A stretch of 64,000 bases of DNA, taken from contig NC_133620.1 in the NCBI RefSeq assembly GCF_048593235.1, positions 455,357,261 to 455,421,260 on the forward strand, read 5' to 3'. The DNA is from Sminthopsis crassicaudata (Eukaryota). The translations under genes were made by a program, and so were the position numbers. The notes beneath the pieces were generated by a model. The model worked only from the letters and a program-made list of their open reading frames with translations, was not told the DNA's origin and ran no database searches. Positions 12,246 through 25,400 of this stretch are shown piece after piece. The number at the start of each line of letters is the position of its first letter. Within the stretch, counting starts at the first letter, position 1.

Positions 12246-15200
12246 TAAAAACCCCCTCTGAGGGAACAAGGACTCAACCACGTAGAAGTCCAGATATGAA
12301 AAAGCTTCAGAGCCAAGATCTGAATCCAGGTTCCTTCCCACACACTTAAAAGCTGGCTTTCCCCTTCACTGCTACTCTCACAGTAAGAGTCACAGGTATC
12401 AAACGCAATCATTGGCCGAGCATCTCACCAATGGAGGCGATCGATCGTGGGGTGGAGGGATGGGTTGGGCTAGCTCTGTGAAATCCATCCTAACGACCAG
12501 GGAAACATCTCAAAGCTCTTCCCTGACAGTTCATCTTCATAGATGAGATACAGCAATTTGAGAACCGATTGTGTGCAGAGCACCCTACCAGCTGGAGTAG
12601 ACAGGTGATTGATTCTCAGGCTGTCATAACTATTCGAGGCTGTTAATATCTATGTCACGGGATCCTAAATCCAGGCTTGAAGGGGCTTTGTAAGTCATCC
12701 AGTCCAAAGGCCACTTGACCCCATTTTACAGATGAGGAAACGTGGCTAGAGAAGTAAAGGACTTTCTAAGGTCACACTGACAGCAGCTGCAAAATCTGGG
12801 ATTAGGATCTGTGTCCTCCACTTACCAAATGAAGAGGTTCAACTGGATGACCTCCATGAACTTCCCAGCTCTGACACGTGACCCAAGGAGGGTTCCCAGA
12901 ATTCAGGTGTTCTGACACCCAGCCTGTTTTCTCCTGCTTGCCACATTCCTGCAGAAGTGTGGGAGCCCGGGAGATTCCAGAGAGTCTCCTCTTCTCATCC
13001 GGGTCCAGTGTCCCAACCCGGAGAGTCATTGCAGAGTTGCTGCTCCCTGAGCCTGGCTGGTAGCATCCTCCGGGGGACAGACGGAAAGGAGGAAGCCAAC
13101 ACAAATTGGCATGTGGGTTTAGGGCCCATCACAAATAAATGGAGACAGGAAGAAAAGCTGGGCTCCCAGTCCACAAAGCAGAGTTACCTCCTTCTACCAG
13201 CTCTCTCTGCCCAGGCTTCTGCCACATCTGCCACCCAATTACCCAGCTGAGCTCTCTGACCCCCGCAGCCAGCTCCCCCCACCCAGGGGGAGCTCCGCTC
13301 AACCTTCAGCCAGCCCAGCCTCGTCCTGGCTCCTCTGCACGGACTGCACAGACAAGCCCATGAATAGAACATTAAAGGCAAAAGCTTATAAAAGAAAAGG
13401 CAGCTCCCTAGTAGAACCGAGCCCAGGAAATGTCAAATGCAGAGCAAGGCTTCCCGCCTGGTCCACTTCTCGCTAATGGAAGCCCCTCAGCTCCCCAACC
13501 CCTCCTCATCCACTATCCCCATGAATAAGTGATGGGCAGAACACTGCCAACTTTGCCCCCAAAGGCCCCATGAATCTCTTTCTGAATAAGCAGAGGGAAG
13601 GGCCCTCTCACAATCGAGATGGGACACGGGAAGAGACCGAGAAATCTGTTGCGATGATTTTGGTAAGAAAAAGAAGCTTCTACTCCCCCAGTTCAAAGAA
13701 AGGAGCTGGTATAATCCTCTCCTCATCCAAGTTCCCAGGAGACTTCTGCCAACAGTCTGCACGTTCCTCTTTCCCTGGTTGGTCACCATCCGTTTGGGTG
13801 GCGTGGGTAAGGGCTGAGTTGTTTTGTCCTAGGAGCCCCCTCGCCAGTGGATCTCGCCAACCCACCCAACGTGTGGGCAATCTATACTCCATACCCGCAG
13901 GGCTTTCTTGAGACACGTGGCATGGATCACACCAATGCACCCACTTCCCGTGCCCACTCGCAGCGTGTCTCACCAGCACACCCACGGCAAAAACATCTCC
14001 TCTCACGCCAATGGGCTCCCGGCGCTCGGGGCCCACTCTCACCAACAAAGGGGGTGATCCTGTGCACACAGCCTGGTCGGCTGGTGTGCCCCCGGGATCC
14101 CCTTTCCCATCGCCCTGTTGCTGGCACAGGTGGGTTTCTGCCTCCAAGCACACAGCCTTGTGCCAACTGGCTTGCTATGCCAGCACAAGAGACTCCACAG
14201 CTACTTTCCTGAATAAGCTTAGCAGGGGCTGTTTGCCGTTTATTATCCAAACCACTCAGAGTGATTAGACAGTAATCACAGGCTCATCTCCAGCCAAATT
14301 TTATCTGTTATATCAGAAACATTTTAACCTAAACAAGAGACAAAGAAAAATCTTCTGAGGCAAAAAGTGCCTTTTCCATGTGGTTCTATCCTTTACCGCT
14401 GGACTTCCTGGGATATAGCTTACTTTTTCTTTCTGAGTGACCCTAGACAAGTCACTTAACCCCCTTTGGGGACAATAAAAGCACCTACCTTCCAGGGTGT
14501 GACAATCAAACACGACAATTTTTATAAAGCACGTTACCAGGTGCCTCGTACATAGTAGGTACCATAGAAAACCTTTTCCCCTTCCCTTCTCCAGTTTCTT
14601 CCCTCAAAAAATAAAATCGGTCTGTCCCAGTGCAATTTCACAAGCATTTATTATATGCTTGCTAGATATATGAGGGTGGGTTTATGAAGACTAAAATACA
14701 TCAGTCCCTGCCTTCAAAGAGCTTAGCTTCCGGTAAGAAGCATCAGTTACAAAGATAATCCAAAAGCCATAAAAGAAATATAAAGTCAATATAAGTTAAA
14801 AACTCAGGGAATCAGGGAAAGCCTTCTGTAGGAGGCAGCAGCAGAGCTGAGCACTGAAGGCCGTGAGAGAGAGGCAGGTGGGGAGCACTCCAGGTAAGAG
14901 AGTGAGAGAGCCCTCCCCATCATCCAGGCCCACATCCTGTGACAGGGGGCATCATCCCTGGCCCTCACGGAGCTTACTGGAATTCTACAAGAGACCCAAC
15001 CATATGTTGGCAGTCAGTTCCAAGGCCAGTTCCTTCCTAGCTTCAGAATCTACCAGGCTGGAGAGTAGATAAAGCTGTGGTCTGTAACCAATTTATATGG
15101 GAGGGTCAAGTCCTTGGGGATGAGGTGGGAGAGAGAAGGACCCCAGAACTAGAGCCAGAAGGAGCTTCAGAGGCCATCTCACAGAACCCTCTTATTTTAT

Positions 15201-15856
15201 GAAGGGGACCCAGAAAAGATTTGCCTAAGGTCACACAAAGAGTAAGTGGGATTTGAACCCAGTCCTCTGCCCCTGGAGAGCCAGGGCCCTTTCTGCTGTG
15301 CTCTGAATCCCATCTGGCTCAGGACAATGGTGACTCGGAGTTGTATGCCCCGCTCAGGTTTATATGGTAAATGGTAAAGGTCACTGACTTTTCTCCCCAA
15401 AGCTTCCATCCTATCTGGAAGCCTCGAGACACATCAGGGAGGAATGATTCGGGACTAGAGGTTCAGGAGAGAGGAATGAGAAAAACCAGGGCTTCTTCTC
15501 TCTGTCCCTGGCACAACCAAGCACAAAGCCAAGCACAGGTAGGTCACTGGCCTCTGGGCAGCCAAGTGCTCATTAGCAGAAAATCCACTTTAGTCAAGGA
15601 CAGCACAGTAAACATAGGCAGGGGGCACTAACGCACCACCGCTGCCCTTTGAGGCCTCTGAGATCAGTGCTTCTGCAGGAGCTGGCAGAGGCCTTTCTGT
15701 GTCTCCAAAACCACAGCAGACCAATACAGAGAGAAGGCAGAGGGGCTGGGAGGGCGGACATCCAGAGACAAATATGGCAGCAACGGAGGAAGGCCTGAAA
15801 GGTGGCAGCCAACGTCAGGGCAGCACTGTGGGTAACTGCCCTGCAATAGCAGAGAG

Positions 15857-15992
15857 NNNNNNNNNNNNNNNNNNNNNNNNNNNNNNNNNNNNNNNNNNNN
15901 NNNNNNNNNNNNNNNNNNNNNNNNNNNNNNNNNNNNNNNNNNNNNNNNNNNNNNNNNNNNNNNNNNNNNNNNNNNNNNNNNNNNNNNNNNNN
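15857..15992. other. Assembly gap (136 N)
   Basis: Run of N. Confidence 1.
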
Positions 15993-18084
15993 AGGAAAGA
16001 TACAAACAATTCAGGACTCTAACTGTCAAATGTTATTTTAACAAGACAGATTGGCAGGAGGGGAGAGGTAGACGCAGGGAAACATCACTAGCTCTTAGCA
16101 ATCGAGCAGAGAACGGTTCTGCTCCTCCTACCTTGTCTTGATTGCTTTATTATCCCTGATAATTCTTTCCTGGGTATCTATCTCCTTTAGAAAACAGGGA
16201 ATGCCAACACTGCGATTTGGAGATGATGGAGAGCATGGATCTGTGACTGGGCTAAAATGGAGAACAGTGACCTGGCCACGGTTGCCATGGAGGTTCCAGT
16301 TCATAGATACTGCCTGGAGTTCTTGCCCAATCCCCCCTCATCTCTCCGTACCCGCCCTCATCAGTGGAATAGAACAGTCACTTGTCATCCTCCCTGACTT
16401 TCTGTGCCCAAAGGATCCAGAGCCACCCTCCAGTCTCCCCAAGGTGGTTGGGGCAAGACTGGCAATCCCCTGAGCACCTGGACACTAAGTGAATCATCTG
16501 CCCATCTGCATCGTGATTCTGGAAACCCTTCCAGCTGGTACCTTGCCCTGGCAAAAACTTCTTTTGCCTTTTTTCCCTTTCTCCTACCTCAGGGGAGCCC
16601 TTGGCATGGCACTGTGTGACCCAACCGCTTCCTCATCCTCTCTCCCTCTGCACCTTCTCAGCCCATGTAAGTCCCTCATTTCCCTGTTGAACAATCGAGC
16701 TCCTCCTAGGACATGGATATTTGTGGTTCCTCCTCATCAAGGCGGCCCGGCCTCCCAGCAGTCTGTGTTCCCTCTCACTGCTTTAACCCACCAGGACCGC
16801 AGCAGGGATGGACACTGATTCCGACACCCTGAGCACCTTCCCTTTCCTGCCCCTTTCTGACTTCATCAAGGAAGTTTCCACCTTCCTCTACAGCAGGTGT
16901 GGCGCCCTCCCTTTTGAGCCTGGAGGTCCATTACCCACCCATTGTAGATCTCCACTGCAAAGTCTTTCATCCCTGGCTCCCCACCCCTTCCCTATCCTAT
17001 AGCAACAGCCAGATCTGGACGGTGAGCTCACTCCCTGAAACCACTGAAAGCCTCTTGGCAATCGCCTACATTTTCATTTCATTTCTGTGTCTGATTTTGC
17101 TCTCTCACTCTGGCTGGACGGCCAGGGTTCCTTTGCTTGGTGAAATCTGATCTGGGCTGGTATGTAAAATCTGAGACTTCTACTATGTCACAGGAGGGCA
17201 GAAGGCTTGCTCTCCCACACGGGCAAGGCCTTGGGCTTCCTCAGCATTCCCAAGACTTTGGGTGTTAGAGCCCCCTTCTCACTTCGGGTACATCACAGAC
17301 CCCCGGCTCTTGCTAGATGGTCTCTGGGACTTGCCATGACTTAGAAAAGGTCAGGTCCTAGTGGCGAACTTAGCAAGAATGGTTCTTCTAGAAGGATAAA
17401 CTTAGGACATTACCCATTGACTGTTGCCTTCCAAAAGCCAGAATACCATTTTTAGATCTTGGAGGAGAATTTTAAAGACCCCATGGAGAAATTCTGAAAA
17501 CCCAGCCTCTGGGAAACCGCCCTATGGAAGCAGAAGTATAAGATTTCAAAGTCCAGAGCCACGTGGTGTGGTGGGGAGTTGCTGGGCCTGTAGCCAGGAA
17601 GCCTTGGGTAAGGCAGTTGAGTGGTGCAGTAGATAAAGACTGCACTTAAGACCTGAGTTCAAATACTCCCTCAGACACTTCCTATTGCCATCACCTTGTG
17701 CACTTACCTTTCTGAGCCTCAGTTTCCTGAACTGTAAAATGGGAATAATAAAATTGCCTACTTCCCATGGTTTGTGAAGACCAAATGAGAGACTATGTGT
17801 AAAAATGTTTTGTAAGCCTTAAAATGCTATAAAAATTATTAAACAAATACTTCCTTTTATATTGTGTGAGGCAGTGGGCAGCTCACTTAACACCTCTGAG
17901 TGTCAGTTTATATAATAAGGAGGCTGGACTAGGTCAGCCCTGACGTCTCCTTCAAATCTAGAACTATGATCCTATGAGCCTGGGTCATTTCAGCTTCCTG
18001 GCCCTTAGTTTCCTCATATGTAAAAATGAGAGGTTAGACTAAATGGTCTCTAAGATCCCTTTCAATTCTAAAGGAGATAAGTAG

Positions 18085-18372
18085 ATAAAGGATAAATAGA
18101 TGGATGGATAGATAGATAAATGGATGGATGGATGGATAGAAAGAAAGAAAAAGATATATAAATAGATGGATAGATGGATAGTTAGGTGGATGGATGGATA
18201 TAAAGATGGACAGACAGACAAATAGGTAGCTAGATATATGGATGGATAGAAAGATATACAGATAAAAATATATAGATAAATGAATATATAGATATGTATG
18301 TATATGTAGAAATGCCTGTATTTATATAGATGTGCATGTGTATATATCAGCTCTTGCACACACACACGCACG

Positions 18373-18414
<42 letters not shown>
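18085..18414. repeat. Compound microsatellite: (GATA/GGAT)n, AT-rich stretch, then (CA)n
   Basis: Directly visible tandem repeats. Confidence 0.95.
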
Positions 18415-18415
<1 letters not shown>

Positions 18416-20584
18416 CCCACAAGGGGAACACTTCCCTGCAAGCCTTCACAACCATACTTTCTTTTATTCAGGCCACAGGAGAGAACATTCATGCAGCATA
18501 TGCTTCCCCCTACCCAGCACCCCTTCTTCCTTCCCTCTCTGGCAGGATTTTCATCGCTCTCTCTCCAGTTCCTCTTCTCCATGTTCCCTACAGACCCCAG
18601 CCCTGCAGAGACCCCAGAATGACCCAGAACATCGCACTCCGGCTGAGGGACTGAAGGCTCTACTAGGAGCTGCCAAGACTCCATTACTGAATAATTCCTG
18701 GATTGGGGAAAGGGATTGAATTAAGTCTTTCCCCTCCAACTGAGATTGGGTTGAAAATCTTCAGGTGCTCCGTCCCTGAAAGGAAGCCAGCTGATTCCCT
18801 GGAGAATCTTCATCTCTTTCCCATCTGAGGAGTGTTCAGCTCTACAGCTAGAGTCTTATAAGCCCAGTATCACTGCACCAAATAGAAAAGCTCTTTTGAG
18901 GCTCACGGCAGCGCTCCTCCCAGCCTTTTTCCTCTTCTCTCTGGGCTAAGTTTTTCATTTCTTATTAAGGGTGTCCACTCTTGGTCAAGCCAAGGAGAGT
19001 CCAGGAAAGCTCCCGGCATAACTGGATGCTTAATTGATGCTTGATTGATAGTGCATGCTCCCTGGTGGCCTGCCTAGAGAGACCCTGGGGACTGGGGCCA
19101 CACCAACTGTTTGACAGTCCCAAGGCTCATCGGTTCCCTCGTCCCCAAAGGATGGGGGTCCATTTGTGCTGCCATGTCAGACCATCTGGCCGTGGAAACC
19201 AAGGCATCTTGCAGGATGGCAGGCCTTAATCTAGCTGCTCACTGAATTATTCAGAGATGGCATTAACTTATAAATGAGTGTGTTTTGACTGATTTTGTGG
19301 TTGGTGGACAGATAAATCCTAATGAAAGACAGCTACAAGATTTTAAATTATTAATTAGGCTACCACTTAACAAAGCCTATTTGGCACTCTATTTCCTTGC
19401 TTAACAAGACAAAAAACTTTAGGGAAAGGCTCTAAACGAGCCTAGAGGCTGTTGATTTGCATCCTGTTTTCCAGAGCTCTAAAAATGAAATCCATAGATT
19501 CTGACTTGAAACGAGCTCCCTTTGGTGAAACATCCCAGTCTTCCTCCTTCCTGAAGGTTGCCGAGTGACTTCCCTGCCTTCGCCTCTCCCTTTTTCTCAT
19601 CTTTGACCAGCTCATTGCTTTTTATATCCCCAGCACTGCCAGGCTGAGGCAGGGGATGGAAACCAGGGCAGCTGCGGCTGTGTGCAGCCCGAGCATTGTC
19701 AGCAGCTCTAACCCGCCTGGGATGCTGGGCTGCTTCTGCCTGCTGACGGTGGGGGCTGGTTTGGGGCCTGGTCCACCCTAGGCAGGAGTGGGGGGTGGGG
19801 GGAGTGGAGGAGAGTCTATCTTTTCCCCTGATTGGGAATGCTAAGCCCCTCACATGGCAGCCTTATTTGGACTCTTAAGCTAGGCTTGAGCAGCAGTGGA
19901 GATCAAAGAGATAAGACTGCCAGCCCAAGGCCCCCCTGGCAGCCACCTTCCCCAAATAACCACTGGAGCACATATCCTTCCATTTTCCGTCAGGCCGAAA
20001 GCAGGCCGTGACCCAGCCAGAGCAAGCTTCCTCAGAGGGACCCCTTCCATTATGGAGGAATTCTGGATTCTCCATTGGGTTTCAAGGCTGTCTACACTGC
20101 CTTCCCCGCCCCCAACGCTCCCCAAACCCTTCTCCAGCATATTCTTCAAGTCCCAGCTTTGGCTAGGTTAATAATAACGGGGTCTCCCATTGGTACAGTT
20201 CTCCATGATTACAAGGAGAGGCAGTATAGTATAATGAATAGGTATGTGCTAGACTCAGAAATATCTCGGCTGGAATCCTACTCTGATACTTACTAATTGG
20301 CTGACCATGGGCAAAATACTTGATCACTCCAGGCCTAGGGCAATAATTTTTTTTTTTTTTGGTTAGAAATCCAACATTATAGCTATCTAGTTTAAATTCA
20401 CTAATTTCAATGCATCAGGCACTAGCTTACAAAGTGGCTTACATTTGCTGTAGTGAATTGATAGCTTATAGGCTTTGCAGTCATGAAGATTTTGGTTGGA
20501 GTCCTGTTTCTGAAACATACTGGCTAGATGTTCTTGGATAAGTCATTTCTAGTTGTCCTAGGCAATTAAATCTCTAAGGGTTAC

Positions 20585-20800
20585 AGAAAAGGGGGTGGCT
20601 AGATGATGGAATGGATAGAGTACCAGCTCTGGAGTCAGGAGGATCTGAATTCAAATCCAGCCTCATACACTTCATATTTCCTAGCTGTGGGATCTTGGGC
20701 AAGTCACAACTCCAATTGCCTCAAAAGAAAGTTATGGAAAACTCACCCCTTTGGTATCCTTAGAAGGAATTTCCCTACTGGAAGTTCCCCGAAGTCCTGA
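20585..20800 (+). mobile_element. Mar1/WSINE-family SINE remnant
   Basis: CTGGAGTCAGGAGGATCTGAATTCAAATCCAGCCTCA...CAATTGCCTC...GGTATCCTTAGAAGGAATTTCCC. Confidence 0.55.
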
Positions 20801-22899
20801 TCACCCTACCCCCCAAATACTATGAAGACAACAATTTTATTATAGAGAGGCTGGAACTATCATAGGTTCTTTATATACAGTTGCAAAGGATTTTGGCTAC
20901 AATTTCAAATTCGACACAAGGCTTTCTGCCTAACATGAGGTCACATAGCTAGTAGATAGAAGAAGCCAGGACTTAAAGCAGATCTTTTCACTCTAAGAGT
21001 GTGGTGCTTTCCAAAACACCAGTTTTGGGGGAGGTTTTGTGTGTATTATATATTATATTTATATTATATTTTTTTTTTTTGCTTTCTAGAGACCTGGTAC
21101 AGACAACCTGTTACGAATCAGTAGAGCACCTGTCATTGTTGATGGTATCTGCCTGGGCCCTTTTGGTTTGGTTTCTGCTAAAACATCCAACCCTATCTGA
21201 AAGCAGGACTTTCTAATTTATTTTGACTCTCCATAGTTACCATAGTTTGGGGAGGGGGGAGGGTGATCTGGCTCAAGTGGTCTCCACAGCAGGGCCAAGT
21301 GCTCTAGTTAAAAGAGAAGAGAAATACTGGCAAAAATGATATCTTTCAAGACCACACCCCTCCCATGGCATCAAGGACCGCCACCTAATTCATGGGTTTT
21401 TCAATTTTCAGAGGGAAGAGAGTTAACTTTGGCATCCCAAGTTCTGAGTTCAAGTTCCAAATCCCATGACTGTGCTCCTTTCATGACATGGTCCCTCCTT
21501 TGTAGAATGGGGATATTTATCCTGAGATTGTCCACTGTCCACAGTTGGTAAGTGTCATTTATGATCTTTAAAGTGACATATAACATAAATTCAGTAGTAG
21601 TAGTAGTTTGACTATCGATATTCTCATGGTGAGCCAAAATGGAAACTTCTCTAATGACACGGGCATCAATGGGTCAAACTCCAAATCTAGCTATGCAAAG
21701 AAGGAAAATAGGCAGTCCCAAGAACATGTGACTGCCCAATCTTGAACAACCAGTTCTTGAGAAGTGTAGGTGTGTCCTTCCCCAAGGAAAGTCTCCCAGA
21801 AGGCTTGGTTCCCAGTCAGGAGCCAGAGCACTATCTTTCCCTCAGAGGAGAAGAGAAAAATACAATACGAGAGAGTACTTGATTTATCTTTATGCACCTA
21901 AATCATATAAATATAGCATGTGGACTGCTTTCAATGGTTCATTTTTAACTGTGAGCTGTCAAAAGACGCAGAACTGAAAAGAAAGTGATATCTGTCAGTT
22001 CATCTCGACTACTGCTACCATTAGAAACCTATAGACATGGAAGTCTCTGGCAAGGGAAGCCAAAAGGGTCTCTTTTATTCTGTCTGCTGCAGGTCCAGAC
22101 TTCTGGGTCACGAGCTTGTCATTCTACATAGTCTTATTAGAAACAGCGTCTGAAATCAAAGGACCTGGGACAAAGTTCTGACTCTACTACTTGTATGATC
22201 TTAGATACTCAGCCTCTCCAAGCCTCATCTGCAAAATGGGGCCAATATTTGCTCCTAATCTCATGGGCCAGGAGAGAAATTCCAAAACAAACCTCAAAGG
22301 GCTGCATTCATTCGAGACCTGGTTATCCTGCAACCTTCTGTTACAACCCCTGATCTGGGACCCAGGACCAGTCAGTCTCACAGAATGGAGAGAACAGAAG
22401 AGAACCCTGGGGTCCGGGACAGAACCTGGGCCTAGGAGCTGAGACAATCCAAACCACTACACTTAACGAGTGTCTCCTGGGCTTCTCATCGCTGACCCAC
22501 GTGGAGGGCAATAAGCAGGGATCTAGAAAAAGTCCCAGAAGTTTGGTTCCTTTTCTGGAGAGCCAAGACAATTTCATTGAACCCCCTAGTGGCTCAGAGA
22601 CAAGCAAAAAGCGCCTTCAAGTTTCTCAAACTGGCCTTGATCTTTCTCTCCCCACCCCACCCCCATGTCCCTGGTCCCTCTTTCATAGGATCAGCCTCTC
22701 CCCCCAAAAAAAAGCAAAACCAAACACCAAGCCCCTGCTTGTCTCCCCGCATCCCAGGGCCTCTTCTCCCAACCAGAGTTCTCCTTCCTGATCCTGCTGT
22801 GAGGTCACAATCCTATGCTTACGACATCACAGTCTGTTGCCATGGAAACAAGGGCGGATTAAGGCAGGATCCTGCGAGCTCAGGGATCAGGCCCCTCTC

Positions 22900-25400
22900 T
22901 CGCTACCTGAGCCTCCCGACTCAGCCTTTGTCCCAGAGGACCAGGGCTGGATCCGGCGGGCGCCTGGGCCTGCCGGCTTGTGGAAGGGCCGGGGCGGCGG
23001 GCTACGGGGAGGGCGCTGAGACCAGGGGAGCGGGGGACGGCTCGGGGCTGGTCCCAGCGGAGCTCATCCGCACCCGGAGAGCGGAGCAGGGGCGGCCCGG
23101 ATCGCCAGCCCATGCGGCTCCGAGGAGCAGCCTCTCTTCCCGGGGCCCCGGGGACAGCGCCCCGCTCCCGCGTGACTGCCGCCCAGGAGCGCCAGAGCCA
23201 CGTGGGGGCGCGGTGGGACTTCCCCAGAAGCGGCGCCAACTTTGCCGCGCCTCTCCCGGCTCCCGAACCGGGCTGCCCGGAGCTGCGGCCGCCTCCTGCA
23301 GGGGGGAGCCTGCGGGCCACTCCCGGCAGCCTCCCTGGCCGGCTCCCGGCCGCTCCCCGGCCGGCTCCCGGGCCTCTTCCCCCGCTAGCTCGCGCGCTCT
23401 CCGTTCCATCAGTCGCCACACCCCAGCCCTTCCCCGGGCTCGCGTCAAGGCACACACCCTGAGCCCGGTCCTGCCGGGGCCGCAGCAAAGTTTGAGCAGC
23501 AAGAGGGACAGCGCAGTCGCCACCCCTTCACCCCTTAGCTTGGGCCCTCTCTGCTCGCCTCCCCCGGGGAATAAAGTAGGACGGGGATGGGCAGAGGAGT
23601 CAGGCAAGCGGCGGGGGGCAGAGGCGGGGGTGGGGGCCGAGCGGAATCCCGGGAGACCTTCAGAGGCTCAGCTCCAAGGGGGCGCAGCTACTGCACCCGA
23701 GCCAGGGTTCGAGCCCGGCCGCCTGGGCTGAGCGGCTGCAGCTCGCGGCGCGAGAAGACCTAGGCTAGAGGACAGAAGTTGGCGGGCATGCAAATCTCCG
23801 AATGACTGGTTCGTGCCCCGCTTCGGTCAGCTACCCCCCGGGAGCCCCCAGAGTCAGCGATCAGCAGCTCGCAGATCGGCCTCCTTGGGCACAAGCCCCG
23901 GCCAGTCCGGGGGCCATTCTCCCCCAAGTTCCGGCGCCAGCGCCTCCCACCTCCAACACTACCTCGATCTCCCGGGTCCCCCGACTGCCCCTTGCCGGCG
24001 TCCGCCCGCAGCAGACCCGTTCCAGCGCGGCGCCGGCGCCCGGTGCCCAAGTTCCCCCTGCGGCTCAAACTCACCTTTCGGGAGCATCTTGGCCGCGGGG
24101 CCGCCGCTCTGTCAGAGGCCGGAGATGGGGCGCTCCCACGCGGGGTCCAGTTTCAAATCCCTGGGTGCGAGCTGCAGCTAATCCGAGGGCGCGGAGCCGG
24201 GGGCGCCCCGGCGACCTGCTCCTGCCCAGCGCCCCGGCTCCGCAGGGGCATCCTGAGTCCCAGCCCCGCGCCGCCGCCGCCGCTTCAGCTGCCGAGGGGA
24301 CAGCCGCCCGGCGGCCGCGGGCTGCGGCAGCGGGGCCCTGCCCTGCCCTGCCCTGCCCTGCCCCGGCCCGGAGGAGGGGCGGCCGCTCGCGCTCGGCCCG
24401 GGCGAGTCCGCCGGAGGTGCCTCGGGCCGGGCCGGGAGCTGCTCCGGGCGGCGGCGGCGGCGTCTCTCCCTCTTTCTCTCGCTTGCTCGCCCGCTCGCTT
24501 CTCCCGCGCCTCTGCCGGCTGGAGCACTTTGGCGGCGGTTTTGAGGGGAGAAGCCGCCCCCCTGGCCGGTGGGCCACGGCCCCCTCCCTCCCCGCCCCCT
24601 CGGGCTGCTGCTGCAAATGGGCGCTTGCCCCGGAGCGCGCTGCTCGCAGGAAAGCGCCCGCCGAGCGTTTGCAGGACACGGAGGAGCCGCGGAACGGGGC
24701 GCCTCCCTTTCTCCCCCCGCCTCCCCCACCTCTCCTTCACTCCCCTCCCTTTTCTCCCTCCCTCCTCTCCCTCCCTCCCCTCCCGCCTTCTCTCCGCTCC
24801 CCGCCCCCGCTCACGGAGCGCCTCCCATACAAAATTTATGAAAGTGCGCTCTGCTCGCGGTGCCCAAGCGCCGTCCTATTCCCTGGGCAGCTGCGCTCAG
24901 CCGCCCGGCGCCTCCCAAGGTGTTTCTGCTCCGCCCGCTCCGCTGGCCCCGCCGTGCCCTGGGGGCTCGGGGCCACCCCGTCCGCGGCCCCTCCGTGCCC
25001 TCCCCCATCGGCCTTGACCCTGACTCTGCCCCCTCCCTGCTCCGGCCCCTCTCTGACCCTTCGCCCCTCCTCCCCAGGGACTTCAAAGGCAGCAACCGAG
25101 CACAGCCTCGACGAGCTGGTCCCCGGATTTTGGAGGTCACGGGGAGAAAGGGGGCTGCGAACGGTGACTGGCAGGTTCCGAAGGCAGTGGGGGATGGGGG
25201 AAGACGGGGGAGGAGAACCCAACCCTTCCTCCTGCCTCTCCCCGCCCCCCACAAAGTCCATCCAAGTCCTGCGCCCTCCAGGAAGCTTAGCCCTGAAGCC
25301 AAGCCGCCGGGGGCCCTACTTCCTCTATTTCCCCTTTCTCTTCCCGGGGGGAGGGTGGCGCCTTGTCTCTGAGGTGGACCCTGAGGTGGACCCTAGCAGG
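22900..25400. promoter_or_regulatory. RTN4RL1: CpG island spanning the RTN4RL1 promoter, exon 1 and proximal intron 1
   Basis: Very high GC and CpG density around the RTN4RL1 ATG. TATA-like CATAAATTTT on the minus strand at 24831-24840. Confidence 0.85.
24075..24087 (-). CDS. RTN4RL1: Reticulon-4 receptor-like 1 (NgR3), coding exon 1 (MLPK G/); rest of the gene lies left of the window
   Basis: Minus strand reads GCCAAG ATG CTC CCG AAA G|GTGAGT: a 13-nt phase-1 first exon like human MLRKG, with good Kozak context and a consensus donor. Position is head-to-head with DPH1, as in the human locus. Confidence 0.85.

Noticed and set aside
13680-14270. Several overlapping 100-157 aa ORFs in a mildly CpG-rich intronic patch
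   Set aside because: No recognisable domain and no consistent splice sites; multiple open frames reflect GC content.
16281-16294. GTTGCCATGGAGGT, possible X-box
   Set aside because: Only one half-site is good; not counted with the four strong motifs.
25369-25392. Tandem 12-bp duplication CTGAGGTGGACC x2
   Set aside because: Isolated micro-duplication with no supporting signal.
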